Origin: Dehalococcoidia bacterium
GTDB lineage: Bacteria > Chloroflexota > Dehalococcoidia > Dehalococcoidales > W498
Length of the DNA stretch: 64,000 bases
Reading direction: 5' to 3'
Assembly: GCA_011191875.1 (NCBI GenBank)
Contig: DUFC01000031.1
Location: 117,705-181,704, forward strand
Part shown: one piece after another, positions 54,635 to 64,000 of the stretch
How the letters are laid out: each line of letters opens with the position of its first letter
How positions within the stretch are numbered: position 1 is the stretch's first letter
The notes under the pieces: model-generated
Seen by the model: the letters and a program-made list of their open reading frames with translations, nothing else
Database searches by the model: none
Told to the model about the DNA's origin: nothing
Program-made: the position numbers and the translations under genes

Positions 54635-55955
54635 AGGTTTTAAGTCAGCAAAATCCATATTATCTAGACAAGCCCCGGCTGAGTTTTATCCGGTTTCACC
54701 AGCGCTCAGGCAAAGGCTAAAGGAGATGTTTGGTACCGATGACCCAGAGCAGGCTGTCAAGAAAATTGTTAGTGAAGTGCGTAATAGAGGAGATGCCGCC
54801 CTTTTTGATTATACTTTAAAGTTTGACGGAATAGAGCTTGCCTCAATGGAAGTAAGCAAAGAACAGGTAGCTGGTGCCTACCATGAAGTGAGCCAAGAGC
54901 TTCTATCAGCGCTCAAGCTGGCAGCAGACCAAATTCGCTCCTTTCACACGGCGCAAAAAGACAATTTTTGGAGTGGAGGCACTGAGCCAGAATCGGGTCA
55001 ATTAGTCCGCCCATTAGAGCGCATCGGCGCTTATGCTCCTGGCGGCACTGCCTGCTACCCATCAACAGTGCTGATGACAGCTATACCGGCTAAGGTAGCC
55101 GGGGTCAAGGAGGTTGTTTTGGTTACCCCGCCAAGAGGGCAAGGGATAATTCCTCCGTCTGCATTAGTAGCGGCTGATATTGCTCAGGTTGACCGTATTT
55201 TTAGTGTGGGTGGGGCTCAGGCAATTGCTGCCTTAGCCTTTGGCACCGAGTCTATTCCTAGAGTGGACAAGATTTGTGGTCCGGGTAATATCTTTGTAGT
55301 TTTGGCTAAGAAGCTGGTATACGGCGTAGTTGATATTGATGGGCTTCAGGGACCAAGCGAGGTGTTAATTATCGCCGATGAGGGAGCTAACCCTAGATAT
55401 TGTGCTGCTGACCTTTTAGCTCAAGCGGAGCATGACCCCTTAGCCTCAGCTATCTTAATAACTACCTCACGGCGGTTGGCAGATGAGGTTGGACAGGAGG
55501 TTAAGCAGCAACTGAAGAGTTTGGAGCGTCAAACAATAGCTGCCGAATCTTTAGAAAATAGGGGGATGATAGTAGTGGTTACTAATATAGATGAGGCTAT
55601 AGAATTAGCTAACCTTTATGCCCCTGAGCACCTTTGCCTGATGGTGCAGAAGGCAGCTTCTTATATCAATAGGGTGTCTAATGCCGGGTGTATATTCATA
55701 GGGGAGAACTCAACTGTGGTCTTTGGTGATTATGTGGCTGGACCAAGCCACGCTTTGCCTACCGGAGGGACAGCTCGATTTAGCTCGCCGCTTAATGTGA
55801 CCGACTTTATCAAGATTATGGACTTGGTTAATATTGATGGGGCTAGATTAGAGGAGCTAGGTCAAGCGGCAGTGACTATAGCTAGAGCCGAGGGTTTTGA
55901 GGCTCATGCCCGGGCGGTGGAAAAGCGGCTTGACAGAGGGGAAACGGATGACTAA
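54612..55955 (+). CDS. hisD: histidinol dehydrogenase
   Basis: QAEHDP, GPSE and HALPT-type motifs. The start (ATG 54612 or TTG 54621) overlaps the end of hisG. Confidence 0.9.
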   Translation: MSKLIIIEGFKSAKSILSRQAPAEFYPVSPALRQRLKEMFGTDDPEQAVKKIVSEVRNRGDAALFDYTLKFDGIELASMEVSKEQVAGAYHEVSQELLSALKLAADQIRSFHTAQKDNFWSGGTEPESGQLVRPLERIGAYAPGGTACYPSTVLMTAIPAKVAGVKEVVLVTPPRGQGIIPPSALVAADIAQVDRIFSVGGAQAIAALAFGTESIPRVDKICGPGNIFVVLAKKLVYGVVDIDGLQGPSEVLIIADEGANPRYCAADLLAQAEHDPLASAILITTSRRLADEVGQEVKQQLKSLERQTIAAESLENRGMIVVVTNIDEAIELANLYAPEHLCLMVQKAASYINRVSNAGCIFIGENSTVVFGDYVAGPSHALPTGGTARFSSPLNVTDFIKIMDLVNIDGARLEELGQAAVTIARAEGFEAHARAVEKRLDRGETDD

Positions 55956-56652
55956 AGAACAAGACATGGTTGGAGTAAATAGTGCCCTACAGGAGTTAAT
56001 ATCTCAAGTAGATGTTGATGCAGTAGGTGTTGCCAGTCTGGCTGAGTGGAAAGAGACGAAGCTGGAAGAAGATGCCTTGCAGTTATTGCCGGTGGCACAG
56101 TCAGTGGTGGTCTTGGCTATGGAGATTTCCCAAGAGGTTCTCGACCTATCAACACACAGTCGAATCGTAGGTGCACCTTCTATGAATGACTTGCTTAATG
56201 CTGAAACTGACTATATCAATGGCCAATTGAACGAGGCTACTTTCGATTTCGCCAAATCTTGCCGTAGCCTTGGTTTGAAAGCGTTGGTCTTGCCGGTAGA
56301 AGGCTGCCCTATGGACAATAGGTTTCTGGGTGCGGTATTCTCGTATAGGCATGCCGGTCAGGCTGCTGGGCTGGGCAAGATGGGATGGCACAGCTTGCTG
56401 ATTACCCCTGATTTCGGGCCTAAGGTCAGAATAGCGGTTTGCTTAACCCAGGCAAAGCTAGAGCCAACAAAGACCGGATTTACCCTCCGGTGCGAAAGCT
56501 GTGGCATTTGTCTTGATAACTGTCCTGCCATGGCCCTGGCTGTACCAGAGTCAAATAAGCAGTATGCTTTTGATAAGTTTGCCTGTAATTCTTACCGGAG
56601 TGCCTCTGGAGGATGTAGTGAATGTGTGAGGGTCTGCCCCGAAGGCAGGTGA
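55948..56652 (+). CDS. 4Fe-4S protein of the QueG / reductive-dehalogenase-like superfamily
   Basis: AGLGKMGWHSLLITPDFGPKVRI resembles the QueG/RdhA core. C-terminal CESCGICLDNCP and CSECVRVCP clusters. The ATG overlaps the hisD stop by 8 nt. Confidence 0.6.
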   Translation: MTKEQDMVGVNSALQELISQVDVDAVGVASLAEWKETKLEEDALQLLPVAQSVVVLAMEISQEVLDLSTHSRIVGAPSMNDLLNAETDYINGQLNEATFDFAKSCRSLGLKALVLPVEGCPMDNRFLGAVFSYRHAGQAAGLGKMGWHSLLITPDFGPKVRIAVCLTQAKLEPTKTGFTLRCESCGICLDNCPAMALAVPESNKQYAFDKFACNSYRSASGGCSECVRVCPEGR

Positions 56653-56702
56653 ACATCCGCTAGTAGTATATTCCTAACGACTGAGGAGATTAAGAGGTAG
56701 AG

Positions 56703-57812
56703 ATGCCAGACAGAACAGGAATAGACAAGTTCATACGGTCAGACTTAGTTACTTTCGGTGGTTATTCTGCCAGTACATCACCTGAGACATTGAAGGGGAA
56801 GGTTGAAGTTCCGGTGGAAAATATTATAAAGCTGGATGCTAATGAGAATATCTATGGCTGTTCACCAAGGGTAAACCAGGCTCTGGCGAACTACTCCTAT
56901 TTAAATGTCTACCCTGATGACGGGCAAACCGAGCTCAGGAAACTATTGGCTGGATATACTGGTATTAATGCCGAGTGTATCGTGGCTAGCGGTGGCAGCA
57001 ACCAGCTAATAGACCTCATTATACGCTTATTTATCGGGTCGGGTGATGAGGTGATAAACTTGGCCCCTACCTTTGATATATATCGTTTTAGCACGCAGAT
57101 AAATGGTGGCACATTGATTGAGGTGCTTAGGGATGAAAGTTTTGCCGTCAATGTAAATGCAGTGAAAGCAGCTATAAACAAAAATAGCAAATTAATATTT
57201 CTGGCTAATCCTAATAGTCCTACTGGAAATATAACTCCCCAAAAGGATATATTGGAAATAGTGGACACCGGGCTACCAGTGGTAGTTGATGAGGCATACT
57301 TTGAATTTAGTGGGGAAACAGTGGTGCCACTGGTTAGTCAGCATGAAAATTTGATAGTACTGCGGACATTCAGTAAGTGGGCAGGGCTGGCTGGTCTGAG
57401 GATTGGCTATGGTATCTTTCCACCTAGAATTGCTGATTACTTATTTAAAATCAAGATACCGTATAATGTAAATGTAGCGGCTCTAGTTGCAGTGCAAGAG
57501 TCACTGAAGGATATTAATTACTTGCAGGGCAGGGTAAAGGCGATAGTTGCTGAAAGGGAAAGGCTTTTTAGTGAGTTAAAGAAGCTAAAATGGTTAAAAC
57601 CTTTTCCCTCTCAAGCTAACTTTATTTTTTGCTCAGTCCTGAATGACAAGGCAAGTGAGCTTCACCGAAAATTGCAAAATAGAGGGATACTGGTTCGTTA
57701 CTTTGATAGGCCGCTTTTGCGAAATGGTATCCGCATTAGCGTGGGTAAACCAGAGCATACCGATGCTCTAATCAAGGCACTGCAAGAAATAGGAGGGGAG
57801 ACAAGTGGCTAA
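56703..57812 (+). CDS. hisC: histidinol-phosphate aminotransferase
   Basis: 369 aa. NPNSPTG and [16 protein letters not shown] (PLP Lys). Confidence 0.9.
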   Translation: MPDRTGIDKFIRSDLVTFGGYSASTSPETLKGKVEVPVENIIKLDANENIYGCSPRVNQALANYSYLNVYPDDGQTELRKLLAGYTGINAECIVASGGSNQLIDLIIRLFIGSGDEVINLAPTFDIYRFSTQINGGTLIEVLRDESFAVNVNAVKAAINKNSKLIFLANPNSPTGNITPQKDILEIVDTGLPVVVDEAYFEFSGETVVPLVSQHENLIVLRTFSKWAGLAGLRIGYGIFPPRIADYLFKIKIPYNVNVAALVAVQESLKDINYLQGRVKAIVAERERLFSELKKLKWLKPFPSQANFIFCSVLNDKASELHRKLQNRGILVRYFDRPLLRNGIRISVGKPEHTDALIKALQEIGGETSG

Positions 57813-58395
57813 TAGACTGTCTATTATCAAAAGAGAGACCAGGGAAACAAATATCAGCTTGGAGCTTAATATTGATGGTAGTGGTCAGTGGGAGATGAAT
57901 ACCGGGATTAGGATGTTTGACCATCTACTGGCTCAGTTGGCTCAGCACGGAATATTTGACATAAAGGTTTCAGCCACGGGGAGCGACCAGCATCACCTGG
58001 TAGAAGATGTGGCTATTTGTCTGGGCAAAGCTTTTGGTGAAGCCCTGGGGGAGAAGAGGGGTATTGTCCGAATGGCTAATGCTGCTGTGCCTATGGACGA
58101 TGCTTTAGCTACGGTGGTGGTTGACATTGGTGGTAGGGGATACACCGTTTTAGAGTTGCCCTTTATTGATAATGATATGGCTGGATTTCCCGCTGACCTT
58201 ATCCGGCATTTCCTTGAGTCCTTTGCCATTGAAGGCAGGCTTAATCTCCACGCCAAGGTTTTGTACGGTATTAATGACCATCACAAAGCCGAAGCGCTGT
58301 TTAAGGCGTTAGGTAGAGCCCTGGACGCAGCTACCAGAATTGACCAGCGGATTAGCGGCGAACTACCCAGCACCAAGGATTTATTGGAGGAGTGA
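57805..58395 (+). CDS. hisB: imidazoleglycerol-phosphate dehydratase (monofunctional)
   Basis: 196 aa. Two D-x-HH-x-x-E metal motifs ([16 protein letters not shown]). Overlaps the hisC stop by 8 nt. Confidence 0.9.
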   Translation: MANRLSIIKRETRETNISLELNIDGSGQWEMNTGIRMFDHLLAQLAQHGIFDIKVSATGSDQHHLVEDVAICLGKAFGEALGEKRGIVRMANAAVPMDDALATVVVDIGGRGYTVLELPFIDNDMAGFPADLIRHFLESFAIEGRLNLHAKVLYGINDHHKAEALFKALGRALDAATRIDQRISGELPSTKDLLEE

Positions 58396-58433
58396 GGGTA
58401 ATCTAGTCAATCTTCTGCTAATTGATAAAGTTA

Positions 58434-59246
58434 ATGAGGAAGTCGGTGAAGAACACTTTAAAGCCTTTATCTGAAGTTATTTCTCTCAAAGGGAAAGTAG
58501 CTTTAATTACCGGTTCTGCTGTTGGTATTGGGAAGGCAATAGCCTACAGATTCGCAGAAGCGGGTGCAGACTTAGAACTTGTCGATATAAATAAGAAGGG
58601 TTTAAGAGCTGTAGCAAAGGAACTTGTACAGTTCAAATCAAAAATAAACATTCATGAGGTAGATCTTTCTAAAAAAGAGGAAATAGATGTTTTATGGGAA
58701 AAATTAAATGGGAAAGAGCCCGACATACTGGTAAATAATGCTGGGATGTATCCTTTTAAGGATTTCCTGGAAGTAGACGATGCTTTTTTAAAGAGGGTGA
58801 TGGATATCAATTTAAACTCGGCTTTCTGGATGTGCCATCATATGATAAAGAGAAGGTTGAAAAGGGGAGGGGTAATTATAAATATTGGTTCTATTGAAGC
58901 CATCATGCCTTTCGCAACAGATTTAATTCCCTATAATATTAGCAAGGCGGGAGTTATTGCTCTGACAAGGGCTCTAGCTAAAGAGCATGGGAAGAGCGGT
59001 TTCAGAATAAATGTAATTATACCTGGTGGAATAATAACTCCTGGAACAAAGGCAGTAGCTAAGCAACTTTCCCAGTTTGATGTTAGTATCTTTAAATCAG
59101 GTTTACAATACAAAATGAGATTACCCTTGGGCAGGGGTGGGCAGCCGGATGAAGTTGCCCGTGTTGCACTGGTTCTTGCCAGTGATTTATCTAGCTATGT
59201 CCATGGGGCATTGATACCCGTTGATGGAGGATTTTTATCCGCTTAG
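58434..59246 (+). CDS. short-chain dehydrogenase/reductase (SDR)
   Basis: TGSAVGIGKA cofactor motif, NNAG, and YNISKAG catalytic YxxxK. Confidence 0.85.
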   Translation: MRKSVKNTLKPLSEVISLKGKVALITGSAVGIGKAIAYRFAEAGADLELVDINKKGLRAVAKELVQFKSKINIHEVDLSKKEEIDVLWEKLNGKEPDILVNNAGMYPFKDFLEVDDAFLKRVMDINLNSAFWMCHHMIKRRLKRGGVIINIGSIEAIMPFATDLIPYNISKAGVIALTRALAKEHGKSGFRINVIIPGGIITPGTKAVAKQLSQFDVSIFKSGLQYKMRLPLGRGGQPDEVARVALVLASDLSSYVHGALIPVDGGFLSA

Positions 59247-59281
59247 TGTGGGGTAGCATAAGGAAATCAGTGCCCCGATAA

Positions 59282-60217
59282 CTAAGCAGTAGGTGGGTAT
59301 TCTAGTTTCCTACCAGTTAAGCTCTCATAAGCCTGCTGATATCTTCTAGTGGTAGCTTCAATAACTTCTGGGGGGAGTATGGGGGCGGGTGGTTCTTTGT
59401 TCCAGCCTGCTTGAACGAGCCAGTCGCGAACTGGTTGCTTATCATAGCTGGACTGTGACTGTCCGACTTTGTATTGCTCAGCATCCCACAGGCGGCTTGA
59501 GTCCGGGGTCAATAGCTCATCAATAAGGATGAGTTTATCATTGTCCAGCCCGAACTCAAATTTGGTATCAGCAATGATAACACCTCTGGCTCTGGCATAC
59601 TCCTGTGTATGATTATAGATGGCTAGGCTTTTTTCCTTTATCTCTTCGGCTAGAGCATCACCTACCAGTTCTTCTATCTCTTCCATAGTGAGCGGTTGGT
59701 CATGCCCGGTCTCTGCTTTGGTAGTGGGGGTAAATAGCGGCTGGAGCAACTCCTGACTTTGTTTTAAGCCTTTAGCTATAGGGAGTTCAGAAATAGTGCC
59801 ATGCTGATGATACTCTGCCCAAGCCGACCCGGCAACGTAGCCACGCACCACACATTCAACAGGAATACGCTTTGCCTTTTTAACAATCATAGACCGACCG
59901 CTAAGGTAAGATGGGTAAGGAAAACGGTTTTCAGCAGGAATATAGGTATCAAGGCAGTGAACATCATCAACGGCTTCTATCAAGTGATTGGGCACCAGAC
60001 TTGCCGTTTGCCTAAACCAGAAGACGGAGAGCTGATTGAGCACTAAGCCCTTATCAGGAATGCCGCAGGGCAGGACCGAGTCAAAGGCTGAGATTCGGTC
60101 GGTAGCTATTATAAGAAGGTGATTACCCAGGTCGTAGCTATCCCGCACCTTGCCCCGAATAAATAATGGCAGTGGCAGGTCTGTACTTAGCAAAACTGAT
60201 GAATTGAGATTGTTCAT
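59282..60217 (-). CDS. purC: phosphoribosylaminoimidazole-succinocarboxamide (SAICAR) synthase
   Basis: 311 aa. GKVRDSYD, ATDRISAFD and ADTKFEFG motifs. Confidence 0.9.
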   Translation of the reverse strand: MNNLNSSVLLSTDLPLPLFIRGKVRDSYDLGNHLLIIATDRISAFDSVLPCGIPDKGLVLNQLSVFWFRQTASLVPNHLIEAVDDVHCLDTYIPAENRFPYPSYLSGRSMIVKKAKRIPVECVVRGYVAGSAWAEYHQHGTISELPIAKGLKQSQELLQPLFTPTTKAETGHDQPLTMEEIEELVGDALAEEIKEKSLAIYNHTQEYARARGVIIADTKFEFGLDNDKLILIDELLTPDSSRLWDAEQYKVGQSQSSYDKQPVRDWLVQAGWNKEPPAPILPPEVIEATTRRYQQAYESLTGRKLEYPPTA

Positions 60218-60259
60218 CTAATTTACCCCCTTAATAAATATAATCTCTTGGGTTCATAC

Positions 60260-60601
60260 TTATGGGACAGTCAGTTTAGTCCCAATAATCGCCACATCAG
60301 GCGGACATCTAACTGGTGCACTGAGTGTGCTGAAATCAAAATATCCCGCCGATAACCTAATAACCCGAACTTCAGGAAAAGGCGGAAGCATAATCTGCTC
60401 GCAATACTCTCCACATCCTGGGCATTTGAGAACGATGTCACGTAGTTGTCCATTAACAATCCCTTCCGCCAAAGTGCTACCGCATGAACCACAGATGAGG
60501 TCGGTATCGCCTTGCCCAACAAAGAAAGGGGCTTTACCGGCAATAATACTCCTTGTTGGCTTCCTTAGTTCTGTGAGAGCGGCAAGCTTTATTGTTGCCA
60601 T
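60260..60601 (-). CDS. hypothetical protein with two CxxC pairs (zinc-ribbon-like)
   Basis: 113 aa. CGSCGS...CPGCGEYC. Lies between purB and purC on the same strand. It is not PurS-like. Confidence 0.5.
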   Translation of the reverse strand: MATIKLAALTELRKPTRSIIAGKAPFFVGQGDTDLICGSCGSTLAEGIVNGQLRDIVLKCPGCGEYCEQIMLPPFPEVRVIRLSAGYFDFSTLSAPVRCPPDVAIIGTKLTVP

Positions 60602-60637
60602 GTCTACTCTTACATTTTTGTACTACCAAGGTTAACA

Positions 60638-61993
60638 TTATATTTTTCTAGGAGCCAGCTCATCGGGTTCAGTCATGATAGGTTTCTTCTTCCACTGGGC
60701 TTCGGTTAAGCCTAATCGGGCAAAGATAACATCTATGTAACGCAGGTAGTATTGATAGTCAAAAAGTGGCTCAAGCTCGGCTTGGGGCAGAATGGCAGTA
60801 ACCTCAGGGTCAGCCTTGAGCAGGCTGAGGAAGTTTTTATTCCCTTTCCATGCCTTCATTGCGTTCCGCTGCACCAGCTCGTAGGCTTTTTGCCGACTCT
60901 GTCCTTTGTCAATAAGAGCCAGCATTATGCGCTGAGAAAAAACTAAGCCTTTAGTAAGCTCTATATTTTGTTTCATCCGTCGTGGATAGGTTTGTAGACC
61001 TTTCATTACTGAGGTGAACAGGGCAAGGGAGTAATCCAGCACAAGGCAGGAGTCGGGCAGGATAATGCGCTCAGTGGAGGAGTGGCTAATGTCACGTTCA
61101 TGCCACAGGGAAATATTTTCCATTGAAGTCAGGGCGTAGCCTCGCACCAATCGGGATAAACCGCAGATTCGTTCACAAAGCTCAGGATTCCGCTTGTGCG
61201 GCATAGCTGATGAGCCAGTTTGTCCGGCTCCGAAGGGTTCTTCTACTTCTCGGGTTTCGGTTCGCTGCAGACCTCTAATCTCAAAGGCGAATTTCTCCAG
61301 GGAGCTGGAGATTATAGCTAAAGTGGTAATGAATTGAGCGTGACGGTCGCGTTGTAAAACCTGGCTTGATACCGGGGCCGGGGCAAGCCCTAACTTGGAG
61401 CAAGCTTTGTCTTCAACCTCTGGGGATAATGTAGCATAGGTGCCTACCGCTCCTGAAATCTTGCCGACAGCGATAGCCTTTTTAGCTTCAGTAAGCCTTA
61501 GCTTATTGCGCTTCATTTCCTCAATCCATAATGCCATCTTTAGACCAAAGGAAATTGGTTCAGCATGAATGCCGTGGGTACGACCAATCATAGCTGTGTA
61601 TTTATATTTTATTGCCTTTTCCGCCAATACTGAGATGAGTTCTTTTATATCCTGATTAAGTAGCTCGGCTGTCTCAACTAGCTGCAAGCTGAGGGCGGTG
61701 TCTATTACATCAGAAGAGGTAAGACCAAGATGGACAAAGCGTGATTCCTCACCCAGGCTCTCTGAAACCGAACCAAGGAAGGCAGTCATATCGTGGTGAG
61801 TTTCTCTGAGAATTTCTTCCATGCGTTTGATGTTAACCCGGGCTAGCTTTATCTTGGGTACAGCTACTCTGGGGATGACACCCAATTCAGCCCAAGCCTC
61901 ACAAACAGCAATCTCTACCTCAAGCCACTTAGCAAACTTGTTCTCGTCAGACCAGACTCCTTTCATCTGCGGTCTGGAATATCGTTCAATCAT
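60638..61993 (-). CDS. purB: adenylosuccinate lyase
   Basis: 451 aa with the fumarate-lyase signature GSSAMPHKRNP. Confidence 0.9.
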   Translation of the reverse strand: MIERYSRPQMKGVWSDENKFAKWLEVEIAVCEAWAELGVIPRVAVPKIKLARVNIKRMEEILRETHHDMTAFLGSVSESLGEESRFVHLGLTSSDVIDTALSLQLVETAELLNQDIKELISVLAEKAIKYKYTAMIGRTHGIHAEPISFGLKMALWIEEMKRNKLRLTEAKKAIAVGKISGAVGTYATLSPEVEDKACSKLGLAPAPVSSQVLQRDRHAQFITTLAIISSSLEKFAFEIRGLQRTETREVEEPFGAGQTGSSAMPHKRNPELCERICGLSRLVRGYALTSMENISLWHERDISHSSTERIILPDSCLVLDYSLALFTSVMKGLQTYPRRMKQNIELTKGLVFSQRIMLALIDKGQSRQKAYELVQRNAMKAWKGNKNFLSLLKADPEVTAILPQAELEPLFDYQYYLRYIDVIFARLGLTEAQWKKKPIMTEPDELAPRKI

Positions 61994-62454
61994 TTATTAT
62001 CTCCTTGTAGCTCACTCCTATATTCTTTGTAGGCTTCTCGTATTTTATCATACTTTAGCCCTAAAATTTCGGCAGCCAGATAAGCAGCATTCTTAGCTCC
62101 AGCAGTGCCTATAGCCACCGTGGCTACCGGTATCCCGGCTGGCATCTGTACTATAGAGTAGAGGGCATCAATACCTTTTAGCTCGCTGGTGGCTAGGGGC
62201 ACACCGATGACAGGTAAGGTAGTCCAGCTAGCCAAAACTCCGGGCAGGTGTGCCGCTCCGCCGGCAGCGGCAATTATGACCTCAATTCCCCGACTTTGGG
62301 CAGCCAGTCCGTATTGTTTTGCCTTTTCTGGGTTACGGTGGGCTGAGATTACATTGACCTCATAGTCAATGCCGAGCTGGGTTAATGTATCCAGCGTCGG
62401 CTGGAGTGCTTCAGTATCTGATTTAGAACCCATAACTATCGCTACTAGTGGCAT
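61990..62454 (-). CDS. purE: 5-(carboxyamino)imidazole ribonucleotide mutase
   Basis: 154 aa. IVMGSKSD and AAGGAAHLPG motifs. ATGA overlap with purB. Confidence 0.9.
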   Translation of the reverse strand: MPLVAIVMGSKSDTEALQPTLDTLTQLGIDYEVNVISAHRNPEKAKQYGLAAQSRGIEVIIAAAGGAAHLPGVLASWTTLPVIGVPLATSELKGIDALYSIVQMPAGIPVATVAIGTAGAKNAAYLAAEILGLKYDKIREAYKEYRSELQGDNK

Positions 62455-62507
62455 ATTATCTACCTAACCCCCTCAATTTTTCTAATTTGGTGACCCATTC
62501 TCTTTAA

Positions 62508-63773
62508 TTATCCCTTTATTTCAGCAATGTCTTTACGATAGTGGCAACCCTCAAAGCGAATTTGCGAAATATTGTTATAAACCTTCTCTCTTGCTTCAGT
62601 TAGAGTCCTACCGCTAGCTACTACAGTAAGCACTCGTCCCCCATTAGTCAATACCTGCCCAGGTTCTGACCCGATCTTGGTTCCAGCGTGAAATACCAGG
62701 ATGTCCCCATCTAAGTTGTCCAAGCCGCTAATAGGGAGGCCGGTTTGGTAACTACCGGGATATCCGGCTGAAGCCATTACTACTCCCACACAGGCATCCT
62801 CACTCCATTCTACATCTATTTGGTAAAGGTTACCATTAATTACAGCGAGGAAAATATCTACCAGGTCAGTTTTGAGTAAGGGGAGGGTAACCTGGGCTTC
62901 TGGGTCACCAAACCTGGCATTAAATTCTAGCACTTTTGGTCCGTCGGTGGTAATCATTAACCCGCCATAAAGAACACCTTTATAAGGTTTTTTTTCTTTC
63001 TCCATAGCCTTTACTGCTGGCTCCATGATGCTTTCCTTTACTGTTTTAGCCAGTGTGGGTGTTATAAAGTGTGGAGGGCTATAGCTACCCATACCGCCGG
63101 TATTGGGACCCTGGTCTCCATCATATATCCTTTTATAGTCGCAGGCGGCTACCATAGGGATGACGGTGGTGGCGTCGGTAAAGGCGAAAGCACTCATCTC
63201 CTTTCCTGACAGGCACTGTTCAATAACTACCTTCTCCCCAGCGGCACCAAAGGCTCTAGATTCCATAAAGGTGGCAAGGGCGTCTAGGGCTTGTGGGATT
63301 GAATCGGCTACGGTTACCCCCTTACCGGCTGCCAAGCCATCTGCTTTAACTACAATGGGTGGTGTCTGTCGCTGGATATACTCTTTTGCCTCAGCATAGG
63401 TAGAGAAGCTAGTGCTTTGAGCGCAGGGGATACCGTATTTTTGCATCAGCTCCTTGGCGAACACCTTGCTTGACTCTATCTCGGTAGCTTTCTTAGTCGA
63501 ACCGAAAATAGGAATATCTATACCTTGAAAGTAGTCAACAATACCGTCAGCTAGAGGAGCCTCGGGTCCGATAACAGCAAGCTCTATTCTCTTTTCTCGG
63601 GCTATTTTAGCTAGTGACGCTATATCAGTAGAGCCAATATTCAGATTATGGGCAATTTGGGCTGTACCGGCATTGCCCGGAGCAACATAAATCTCTTTAA
63701 CCTTGGGGCTCTGGGCTAGCTTCCAAACCAAGGTATGCTCCCTAGCCCCACCACCAACAACCAGTATCTTCAG
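62508..63773 (-). CDS. purD: phosphoribosylamine--glycine ligase, with an inferred CTG start
   Basis: ATP-grasp enzyme. The conserved N-terminus (L)KILVVGGGAREH lies upstream of the track start (TTG 63731). The frame opens after a TAA and holds no ATG/GTG/TTG before that point. CTG at 63771-63773 lies 6 nt after GAAGGAG. Confidence 0.85.
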   Translation of the reverse strand: MKILVVGGGAREHTLVWKLAQSPKVKEIYVAPGNAGTAQIAHNLNIGSTDIASLAKIAREKRIELAVIGPEAPLADGIVDYFQGIDIPIFGSTKKATEIESSKVFAKELMQKYGIPCAQSTSFSTYAEAKEYIQRQTPPIVVKADGLAAGKGVTVADSIPQALDALATFMESRAFGAAGEKVVIEQCLSGKEMSAFAFTDATTVIPMVAACDYKRIYDGDQGPNTGGMGSYSPPHFITPTLAKTVKESIMEPAVKAMEKEKKPYKGVLYGGLMITTDGPKVLEFNARFGDPEAQVTLPLLKTDLVDIFLAVINGNLYQIDVEWSEDACVGVVMASAGYPGSYQTGLPISGLDNLDGDILVFHAGTKIGSEPGQVLTNGGRVLTVVASGRTLTEAREKVYNNISQIRFEGCHYRKDIAEIKG

Positions 63774-63840
63774 CGTTCGCTCCTTCAGCGTTTACTTTGG
63801 TTATATCAAGTTTATCTTTGTAGGTATTTGAGTAGGGGTC

Positions 63841-63870
63841 TTGACAAACAGTGAACTCTATGTGCATAAT
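63841..63870 (+). promoter_or_regulatory. candidate plus-strand promoter divergent from purD
   Basis: TTGACA (63841-63846), 18-nt spacer, CATAAT (63865-63870), with TG dinucleotides just upstream. Confidence 0.35.
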
Positions 63871-63924
63871 ATGCTCACAATTGAACAGCTCTCTGTTGTA
63901 CTGCCAACAGAGGGTAATTAAGCT

Positions 63925-63956
63925 GCCCGTTGTTGCGCTGCCAGCAGCGGGCTTTT
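63925..63956 (+). terminator. terminator-like hairpin with U-tract (leader or small RNA end)
   Basis: GCCCGTTGTTG-cgctgc-CAGCAGCGGGC: 11 bp with two G-U pairs, followed by TTTT. Preceded by a second hairpin at 63889-63914. Confidence 0.4.
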
Positions 63957-64000
63957 CAATCTCCTTCTTTTTGCACCCAGCAATCTGATAGAAACTTTTC

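Noticed and set aside
1-64000. Mobile-element genes (integrase, transposase, phage structural genes), toxin-antitoxin pairs, and known defence systems (restriction-modification, CBASS cyclase, Cas).
   Set aside because: None of the ORF translations shows the corresponding hallmark motifs. The accessory segments are therefore described only as candidate or degraded islands.

Overview
This 64-kb window is a gene-dense bacterial chromosomal segment of moderate GC. It carries no rRNA, CRISPR array, transposase or integrase. Gene content and the Cys-rich DUF families suggest an uncultured Chloroflexota or Dehalococcoidia-like organism, but that is inference only. Most of it is housekeeping: an ABC-2 exporter, DAHP synthase, argF, polA-mutM, glnS-gltX, rluD-lspA-dksA-like, tRNA-Asp, queF, birA, an SPFH/NfeD operon, a his operon (hisZ, hisG, hisD, hisC, hisB) and a pur cluster (purC, purB, purE, purD). 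A large block at 30.0-43.2 kb combines indolepyruvate:ferredoxin oxidoreductase, an aminotransferase, a PaaI thioesterase, two adenylate-forming CoA ligases and a Liv-type ABC importer, which fits aromatic or branched-chain amino/keto-acid use.

The items most worth a second look are:
1. An Rdx/SelW-like selenoprotein gene (6941-7189) missing from the ORF track. It has an in-frame UGA in a CxxU motif and a hairpin downstream. Its 5' end is duplicated 699 bp upstream, and the two copies bracket an AT-rich inserted gene.
2. A tRNA-Gly-adjacent accessory segment (44.6-47.9 kb). It holds a divergent gene pair: a 327-aa protein made of two tandem Rossmann-like modules with CARF/SAVED-like motifs, and an atypical GT-A glycosyltransferase-like protein. 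A response-regulator gene relic sits next to them.
3. A 478-aa HisG that is an internal tandem duplication of the short-form enzyme, with a degenerate PRPP loop in the first copy.
4. A head-to-tail duplication of about 407 bp at the nfeD/SPFH junction that created a stand-alone short NfeD gene with a new SD and TTG start.
5. A roughly 250-nt leader with a three-codon mini-ORF and an intrinsic terminator in front of the CoA-ligase/liv operon.
6. purD, which can only start at CTG.

Gene starts were refined by eye from SD spacing and are less certain than gene ends.
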